A DNA stretch of 63,829 bases, counting the filler, from Stramenopiles sp. TOSAG23-2 (lineage: Eukaryota): assembly GCA_900128395.1 (NCBI GenBank). It is 11 parts of 11 records of this genome, joined end to end, with 100 filler letters (N's around TTAATTAATTAA, not from the genome) between each part and the next. Parts side by side here need not be neighbours in the genome. Positions count along the whole stretch, not along the records: positions 54,227 to 60,885 come from LT650424.1; positions 60,986 to 62,357 come from LT653060.1; positions 62,458 to 63,829 come from LT653061.1; 8 more parts are not named here. One strand, given 5' to 3'. Below are positions 56,623 to 63,829 of the stretch, in pieces. The notes below the pieces were generated by a model. The model did not search any database. It saw nothing but the letters and a program-made list of their open reading frames with translations, and was not told where the DNA came from. The position numbers were made by a program, and so were the translations under genes. Numbering within the stretch: the first letter of the stretch is position 1; each line of letters begins with the position of its first letter.

Positions 56623-58950
56623 ATGCAGAAAATGTTTACAATTGGTGATGCAATTATAGTTACATACCCTCCCACAGGAGGGCATGCATTATATCGAAAT
56701 AAGTCCTTCAATGCTTTTTATGTAAGCGATTATCACATACCTTACACCTTAGTACGTAAAGAAGATGCACTGGTCCTTTGGTCAGAGGATGATAAAAACG
56801 GTGAAGATTCGTTAACCACTGCAAGAATATCAAAGAAATATATTAAAGGGGATAAAAGTAGAAGCAACGCTTCGAAAGAGTATATATTGGAACACAGTAA
56901 GAACAAAAATGAGATAAAAAAACAACTACAGATAGTAAAGAATGTGAAAACTCAGCCACAATATCCAAAATATAGAAAAAGGAAAAAGAAAAAAGGCAAT
57001 TATACTTATTGTGCTCCTAACAAAAAAACAAATCAAGTTGAAACACCAGAGAAGAAACCAAGAGATACAACACAACGATTAGCGAAACTTAAAGCAAATA
57101 ACGAAATAAAAAACATGCGGTTAGATGAATTAAAAGCAAATGAGGAATTATATAGTGAAATAAAAGCAAATGTGGAATCATATAATATACCAGGTATTGC
57201 TGCAAGGTTTGCAAAAGATGGTTTGCTAGACAAAACACATTTTTATAAATTAAAAGAACTAAATAGAAAAAGAAGAAGAGAGCGAAATGGAAAGAAAAGA
57301 AGAAAACAAACTGGAAAGAAAAAAAAGCTGGACAACCAGGTTGCATCCTCATCCTCTGCACTTGGCACAACAATCACCACTCCTAAGAAAAAAATAGATA
57401 ATGCGTATTGTATGCTTTGTAATGTTAGAGGAGCAAAGTCAACTGATGATCCTGCTCTTTATTTATGCGAACATAAAGATAATGATGGTGAATATTGTTG
57501 TTACAATGCTATGCATGTTTACTGCATACCAAATGGCTTTGTAGAAGGATCAGAATGGTATTGTCCTATCCATGCAAAATTAAACAACGCAGATAAGGAT
57601 AAAGTTTTAGAGATAAAATTGACATATGATCAGAATTATGATTTAGTCTATAGAAAATTGATATTGGGACAAGGGTGGATACCTGCCACCAATAGTGATA
57701 TTAAAGAATATATGAGTAAACCTGAGAATATGGAAAAGTTAATAAGCCGAACCACAAGAAATGAAATATTTCTGAAAGCAAAAACATTTCAATTATCATC
57801 ATTACCTCACATTAAACAAACAGAATATAGCTTTTTAAATGGTACAAAATTCGGCATAACTCAATTCGATGGTTTATTCACTGAAGTAGAAATGAAAGAA
57901 ATAGAGACATATGTAGACCGTATGATAGGAAAGCTAAACCCAGAATCAAATACATTAGATATCAGCTCAAGTTGCAAAAGAAAAAAAATATTCCTTGGTT
58001 ATCGTTATGCATATGGAAAAGAAAAAAATAACAAAAAAGAAATTGATGAAATATTTGACGACGTGAAACAAATCTCTTCATTTCCATTACTTAAAAAAGT
58101 AATTAATAAAATTACTTCTGAAACTGGCATACAAATAAAGCCTGACCAGATGGTATTGAATTTTTATGATGGCAAACATGCAAAACTTTCCTCACATGTA
58201 GATTCAAAAGATTTATTTTTAAGACCTATAATTAGCCTACGCTTGTTTTCATCTGCTAAGCTTTATTTCAATCGTGCTGGGCAAGGTATGGTAAAAAAAC
58301 AATCAACAATAGTAGTGAAACAAAAACGAGGAACTGTTACTTTAATGGATTCAATAGCAGCTAATGAATTTACACATTGTATATGTGATGATTCAATTCA
58401 ATCGAAAAGTGTTAGCATCTTAATACGACAAGTTACTGAAACATCCAAACAACGAATGAAACAGAGACAACAAGCCATTGAAAATGATAATACCAATGGT
58501 GGCGGCGGAGGAAGAGTACCAGAATTGAGTGAAGTTCAGAAGACTATCAATATTGGCCTCGAAAAAACGAAAAGGAGAATAGCAACACGTCATTTAGCAA
58601 TACGTCAATTATATGAATGTGAGAAGGGATGTGGATTTAAGAGCAGCTGGACTAGAGTTGCAAAACATGAAGAAACATGTACACGTGGAACTAAGAAGAC
58701 GTTTAAAATTAGTTTCAAAGGGACTGGTGATATAGGATTAAAACTCAAACCAATCAATGGCAAAGTTGCTATTTTTGAGGTTTGTTCAAAAGATGTAGAT
58801 TCCAAAATAAAGGTAGGAATGTATTTGAATAAAATAAATCATATACAAGTTCCATATATGATATATGAGCATCAATTTAAAGAAGTGATAGATCAACTCA
58901 AGAAATTTAGAACGAAGGGTAATTTAGTTATTACCTTTGAGTTACCCTAA
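56623..58950 (+). CDS. PHD finger - ALKBH5-like 2OG-Fe(II) dioxygenase - C2HC zinc finger - PDZ-like fusion
   Basis: PHD CMLC..LCE..CYNAMHVYC..WYCPIH. AlkB motifs NFY..SHVDSKDLFLRPIISL..RGTVTLM..AANEFTHCI..SILIR. CEKGC..HEETC zinc finger. GDIGLKL PDZ-like tail. ATG at 56623. Confidence 0.8.
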   Translation: MQKMFTIGDAIIVTYPPTGGHALYRNKSFNAFYVSDYHIPYTLVRKEDALVLWSEDDKNGEDSLTTARISKKYIKGDKSRSNASKEYILEHSKNKNEIKKQLQIVKNVKTQPQYPKYRKRKKKKGNYTYCAPNKKTNQVETPEKKPRDTTQRLAKLKANNEIKNMRLDELKANEELYSEIKANVESYNIPGIAARFAKDGLLDKTHFYKLKELNRKRRRERNGKKRRKQTGKKKKLDNQVASSSSALGTTITTPKKKIDNAYCMLCNVRGAKSTDDPALYLCEHKDNDGEYCCYNAMHVYCIPNGFVEGSEWYCPIHAKLNNADKDKVLEIKLTYDQNYDLVYRKLILGQGWIPATNSDIKEYMSKPENMEKLISRTTRNEIFLKAKTFQLSSLPHIKQTEYSFLNGTKFGITQFDGLFTEVEMKEIETYVDRMIGKLNPESNTLDISSSCKRKKIFLGYRYAYGKEKNNKKEIDEIFDDVKQISSFPLLKKVINKITSETGIQIKPDQMVLNFYDGKHAKLSSHVDSKDLFLRPIISLRLFSSAKLYFNRAGQGMVKKQSTIVVKQKRGTVTLMDSIAANEFTHCICDDSIQSKSVSILIRQVTETSKQRMKQRQQAIENDNTNGGGGGRVPELSEVQKTINIGLEKTKRRIATRHLAIRQLYECEKGCGFKSSWTRVAKHEETCTRGTKKTFKISFKGTGDIGLKLKPINGKVAIFEVCSKDVDSKIKVGMYLNKINHIQVPYMIYEHQFKEVIDQLKKFRTKGNLVITFELP

Positions 58951-59293
58951 AAGACGGGGGAGAATAAAAAAATGCGGCAAAATGATGTACGAATCGTACT
59001 ACGAAATGTATTTTTTATATTTTTAAAATTTTTTAAATTCAGAGAGAGTGTTTTTTTTCTTTTTAAATTCCATTCGTGTACAGTTTTAATTTTTCGAATA
59101 TATTATTATTTTTATAAATTATAATATCATGAGTAAATTAAAAAAATAAGTTATGCATTAATTAAATTATAATAATCTCACAATATTTTTGTACAAATTT
59201 TTTTTAAAAAATATCTCAAATATCATACACGAATTAATTACACACACTTTCATGTGTGGTAAATCTCTCTCTCTTTTTCTGGCGGTCATATTT

Positions 59294-60235
59294 TTACAAC
59301 GCAAGTGCAACTGCTTGACTACAATCTTCACCGTAAAAACCTTTAAAACATTCACACTCTCCGGTCTTTTCAATACAAACACCACGATTGGAACAGTCAT
59401 TTGCTTCTGTTGTACCAGCACCATCATTGTACATTACATGAAGCACGGTTAATTTGCACGTTTGTGCAGTTGCTAATGCCGGTGGAACATCGTAATTTGT
59501 ATCGAACTCTATATCATTATTGCTAATTTTTTTGATCTTATAAATTCCATCGGATGTAAAGACAAGGTTACATTTCATTTGTACCCAGTCATTTTCTTTC
59601 ACAGTGTTTGATAATTGTACGCCGTGGTTTGCTTTTGTTAACTTGTTATCATTTGATACGGTACAACTTGTAATCGTTACCGTCTTTGAAATTAAACCTT
59701 CTTCATATGGTTCGGATACAACAAAGCCTGATATTTGAAATGGCATAAAACCTTCAGCAGATGCATATGTAACAGAATCCACAGTACGTGTTTCCCAATT
59801 CCCTGGTGAAGTAATAAGACGAATACGGTCTCCAATCTCTACCTCTCGTTCATCCATTATTCGTGGTGGAGTGACAAATGTCATTCCGCAAATAAGAGCA
59901 TTCCCCGTACAGCACTTTATGCCACCACCAAATCCATTATTACCATCTAAATTGTCGCTTTGTATATTTGCAGTAGTAAATCCATACTGTCCTATGTCTT
60001 CCGTGAAACGAATAGTATTGGAGCCAACGTTTCTTACAACCAAATCAGTAGCAATGATTCCAAAATTTTGACATCCATTTGCCTGTGCACTGTACCTTGT
60101 TAAACGCCCACGTGCAATCATTCCAGGTTTGATCAAAGAGAGATCTTGATTTGGCAGCGTAATTGTGTCTCCTACTGAAGATACTGAACCCGTATCTGGT
60201 ATGCTAACAACATGTTCCTTCGCATATAGACCTCT
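59294..60235 (-). CDS. Tubular mastigoneme (Sig1/Ocm1)-like EGF protein, C-terminal part
   Basis: Ends CSNRGVCIEKTGECECFKGFYGEDCSQAVALAL. The frame stays open to 60235 with no signal peptide or evident upstream exon. Confidence 0.6.
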   Translation of the reverse strand, partial: RGLYAKEHVVSIPDTGSVSSVGDTITLPNQDLSLIKPGMIARGRLTRYSAQANGCQNFGIIATDLVVRNVGSNTIRFTEDIGQYGFTTANIQSDNLDGNNGFGGGIKCCTGNALICGMTFVTPPRIMDEREVEIGDRIRLITSPGNWETRTVDSVTYASAEGFMPFQISGFVVSEPYEEGLISKTVTITSCTVSNDNKLTKANHGVQLSNTVKENDWVQMKCNLVFTSDGIYKIKKISNNDIEFDTNYDVPPALATAQTCKLTVLHVMYNDGAGTTEANDCSNRGVCIEKTGECECFKGFYGEDCSQAVALAL

Positions 60236-60788
60236 TCATGCGTACGATTCATGGTGGGAACAAAGAAACGAGAATGTGTATGGTAATTATTATTATTATT
60301 ACAACCTTTGTTTTTACAATTATATTGATATTGATGAAAAGGAATCATGTCGCATGTATATATGTGTGTATTTGAATGTGATGTGGTGGAGGTGGTGGAG
60401 GTGTATATATATTTTTATATTTACATTTTACATATTTTAAATTGTTGTGATTGGGTAACGATAAACGATTTCTGAAATTTCTGAAATTTATACTATTTTG
60501 TATTCTAAGAAGATATTGGCCTATTACAGATGTGGTCAATTTTTATGTTCCAACAGGTTCCAATTAGGGTTCTATCTCTGCTCAGATGGATTGATGACGC
60601 ATCCATCTCAAAAACTGAAATAACATATACACACCATACAAAATACATAAATACAAAAATGTATCTACCATTGTGACAAATCATAACAGCACATATCAAT
60701 TATCAATATTATACAACAACAATATTTACAAAGCTTAACAACAACAACAGTAACCGTCCTATATTTTTAAACACATTATTTTTTAACC

Positions 60789-60885
60789 ATGTCAAAACCA
60801 AGTACACTTGCATCTATTGGTCTAGGTGGTAGTGCAGCTGTCATAACATGTAATTTTACACATCCAATAGAATTAGTTAAAGTTA
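60789..60885 (+). CDS. Mitochondrial carrier (SLC25) N-terminus, truncated by contig end
   Basis: MSKPSTLASIGLGGSAAVITCNFTHPIELVKV contains the Px[D/E]xx[K/R] signature. Confidence 0.8.
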
Positions 60886-61299
60886 NNNNNNNNNNNNNNN
60901 NNNNNNNNNNNNNNNNNNNNNNNNNNNNNTTAATTAATTAANNNNNNNNNNNNNNNNNNNNNNNNNNNNNNNNNNNNNNNNNNNNATTATACTAATTAAT
61001 AATAATACGTGCATATATATAACGATTTCTATTCGAATTGAAAAGTAGAAAAAGGAAATGTACGAATACGATGTAACAGAAAAACAATAAATGGATAGTA
61101 AAGAAATAAATTAAATATAGTCCACATCCACAAAACAAACAAAAAAGATAATTGCAACCTAGGCACGTATATACGAAGTATAAATAAATACATAATTAAT
61201 TCATAATAAATAGAAGAATTTTGTTCATTTTATTCTTAGTTGTATATATAATATAAGAAAAATAACAGTAAATAATAATATAATAATAATAATAAAACA

Positions 61300-61722
61300 A
61301 TGGGTATATGTTGTTCGCAAGATGATAGTATCGATGTTGGCGCCAATAGTATTTCACATAATAATAATAGTAACCAGAATAGCAGTATTGCACAAGCGCC
61401 TTTATTGAATAATGAAGTTGGTAGTAATAATGTATATGACATATCAGATATTAAAATAGATGATGAAAATAATAATAACAGGAATAGCATACCAATAACG
61501 CAACCTATCGAAAAAATAAGTTTAACAAAAACAAATTCGATGGATAATGAATGCATAGTTTGTTTTGAAAAGTTTTCCAAGTTACATCCTGCCGTTGTAA
61601 AGAAATGCAAATGTGGCCCAAATACCCAGAATTATCATTTATCATGTATATTAAGTTGGCAAGAACGAAGTGAAGTATGTCCTGTATGTAGAACGAAAGT
61701 TGAAATTATATTTCCTGAATAA
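61300..61722 (+). CDS. Lipid-anchored RING-finger E3 ligase
   Basis: MGICCS myristoyl/palmitoyl motif and RING pattern CIVC..CKC..YHLSCILSW..CPVC. Confidence 0.88.
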   Translation: MGICCSQDDSIDVGANSISHNNNSNQNSSIAQAPLLNNEVGSNNVYDISDIKIDDENNNNRNSIPITQPIEKISLTKTNSMDNECIVCFEKFSKLHPAVVKKCKCGPNTQNYHLSCILSWQERSEVCPVCRTKVEIIFPE

Positions 61723-62064
61723 TATATATGACATAGTAATATGATAATGTACGCACAAGAAATATTTTTATGTTATGTACCTTCTGAGAACAAATTTTTT
61801 TGACCCCGACAAAATGAGGAAATAGGTTCTCTCGTACATTTTTTTTAAAGAGGAGAGAAATTAGAAAAATAAAATTATTATATATAAACGAGTGTAAATG
61901 TATTTTTCAAAAAAATATAATTACACACGACATTGACACACTCTCTCTCTAGATCTATATTTTTTTATCGTTGTACGTGTGTAAGATAGTATATGCTCCT
62001 CGTAGGAGTGTACAAAATTCTAAAATGTACAACAATACAAACGTTTGCCAGAGTTTGCATTCAT

Positions 62065-62357
62065 TTACGATGATACTAATGTTCCGAATTCATGATCATT
62101 CCCAAATTCTTCTTTATGTTTTTCTAAATTTATTTTTTCATCATAACAAATTTTACAAATATCATATCCAAAACATTTTGTACATGAAAATCCATCTAGT
62201 TCAGAACGTATATCGTTGTTACATATATCACAACTAATATTAACTACAAAACTTGTCTTTGTGTTATCTTCAAACAATTTTGATTTATTATTTAACAATG
62301 ATTGTTTTAATTCATTTACATCACATCCATTGAAACAATATATATTTCATGTTGAGT
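62065..62357 (-). CDS. C-terminal ZZ-type zinc finger, 5' partial
   Basis: CDIC...FSCTKC.GYDICKICY...H...H; the frame appears to run toward the contig end. Confidence 0.7.
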
Positions 62358-62849
62358 NNNNNNNNNNNNNNNNNNNNNNNNNNNNNNNNNNNNNNNNNNN
62401 NTTAATTAATTAANNNNNNNNNNNNNNNNNNNNNNNNNNNNNNNNNNNNNNNNNNNNATTATTCTTTTTTATTTTGTGTGTTGTTATTTACGTTATTTAC
62501 CTGGAATTGGAAAGTATTACTCTCGTATTAATTTTGAATATGTGGCGTGGCATAATAATTATTTTTATATTTATTTTATATATAATACAACTGGAAATCA
62601 ATTTTTAATATTTTTTATAATACATATCATATATATTTTTTTAAACTCGACACTATGATTATTTATGTTTGTGTATAAATTATACACTCCTTATGACTTA
62701 TTGCTGGCATTTGTCTTTTATACATATACATACATGTCATATCATATATGCAAAACAACTACATTACAATAATAAGGACCACTCATATGTATATATACAT
62801 GATTTTTCTAAAATCAACTATTTTTTTATGTATATATATACATTTATAT

Positions 62850-63185
62850 TTAGAAACCGTGAACAACCAATTGATCTTTTGTAATTATTTCTTGGTCAAC
62901 TAAAAATTCCTGAACGACTGAACGATGATCCCCTTGCAATTGTATAATATCACCATATTCTTTATCCTTTACAACAGCACCATTGCACTGTAAATTTTTA
63001 CGCAATGCTTTGCATATTTTTTTTAAGTCCAAGTCATCATCAAGCCCTTGAATAGTCAATATACATTTACGTCGATTACGCATTTGCATTCGTATATGTA
63101 CTTTATTACCGGTACCCATACCTTCCGCCTTATTCACCTCGTCGAAGGCATCCCTTGTTTGTAAATTCTGTAATGAATCTGCCAT
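62850..63185 (-). CDS. SUI1: Translation initiation factor eIF1
   Basis: VHIRMQMRNRRKCILTIQGL..DLKKI..CNGAVV..IQLQGDHR..VVHGF. Confidence 0.97.
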   Translation of the reverse strand: MADSLQNLQTRDAFDEVNKAEGMGTGNKVHIRMQMRNRRKCILTIQGLDDDLDLKKICKALRKNLQCNGAVVKDKEYGDIIQLQGDHRSVVQEFLVDQEIITKDQLVVHGF

Positions 63186-63234
63186 GTTTTTCTTCTTTAT
63201 TTTGGTTGTTCGTGTTATTGTTTGTATTATGTTT

Positions 63235-63461
63235 TGTTGTTCTCTTTGTCCCTCTCTTCTTTCAATTCTATGTATGACAAGTAATGTGATTCTTTCTATT
63301 CAATATTATTGGATTATTATTTATTATTTATTCTATTTGCACATTTATGTTGTTCTCTTTGTCCCTCTCTTCTTTCAATTCTATGTATGACAAGTAATGT
63401 GATTCTTTCTATTCAATATTATTGGATTATTATTTATTATTTATTCTATTTGCACATTTAT
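63235..63461. repeat. Exact 113-bp tandem duplication upstream of eIF1
   Basis: 63235-63347 repeats at 63348-63460. Confidence 0.9.
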
Positions 63462-63829
63462 TAATAATTGAAAAAAAATGTGGTGGTGGTGGTGAGAGTG
63501 GAACATTAACATTAATATAGCATGGTAATGATTACTCAGGAAACCTTAACGAGCAAAATCGACTACGCACCTCAATCGGAGCGTAGCGTATTTTTTTGTT
63601 TAGGTAATGATATGATCATGTTGTCATATTTATTTGCCGTCGTGATCCAACTCGTACTTATGTCTATACTAAATAACAGTAATATACCAATCCAATAGCA
63701 TGTGAATACTGTGGACTGCGGACAATTTCCAAATCAAGGATAAATTATTTTAGCGTTTGTTTTTAGATCAAAAGTCAAAATAAATCTAATATTTATTATT
63801 CTAATTTCCCTTTCAAGTATAAATTATTT

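Noticed and set aside
6791-58950. A single 'defence island' of NLR, MORC, GmrSD-like and AlkB genes
   Set aside because: These genes are on different contigs joined by artificial linkers and ordered by length, so proximity in the window carries no information.
63478-63760. NDUFS6-like zinc-finger fragment (CGGGG...CEYCGLR)
   Set aside because: The motifs are short and separated by stops, and I could not build a consistent exon model.
1-63829. rRNA, tRNA, transposase or viral hallmark genes; non-standard genetic code
   Set aside because: None was recognised by eye (tRNAscan and Infernal were not run). Conserved genes translate intact with the standard code and use TAA, TAG and TGA as stops.

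Overview
AT-rich eukaryotic nuclear DNA. It is most likely from a flagellated heterotrophic stramenopile (inference from a mastigoneme-type C-terminus, Asn/Thr-rich proteins and short GT-AG introns with CTAAC branch points). The window is not one locus. It is 11 size-sorted contigs (nine of ~6.7 kb, two of ~1.4 kb) joined by artificial 100-bp linkers (N44-TTAATTAATTAA-N44), so genes across linkers are not genomic neighbours. Housekeeping genes include IBA57, OTUD6/OTU2, ACSS3/PrpE, sideroflexin, enoyl-CoA hydratase, PXMP4, an Sfi1-like protein, a USP, a sulfatase, a RING E3 and eIF1. The highlights are five. (1) A host-adapted GmrSD/SspE-type DUF262+HNH nuclease, fused to a catalytically altered OTU domain and carrying NLS-like motifs, lies next to a hierarchical, hairpin-forming GCAGGTAAAT repeat array. 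(2) An NLR-like CHAT protease-NB-ARC-LRR gene has LRR units that vary almost only at ligand-facing residues, and it sits head-to-head with a cleavable ubiquitin-fusion orphan. (3) A PHD finger is fused to an ALKBH5-like dioxygenase. (4) There is a divergent MORC ATPase and a Kir-like channel lacking the GYG filter. (5) Recurrent non-coding motifs mark gene 3' flanks and 5' flanks. One whole contig is a perfect 6.68-kb palindrome, probably an amplification or assembly artefact. All domain calls are by-eye motif recognition, not database searches.
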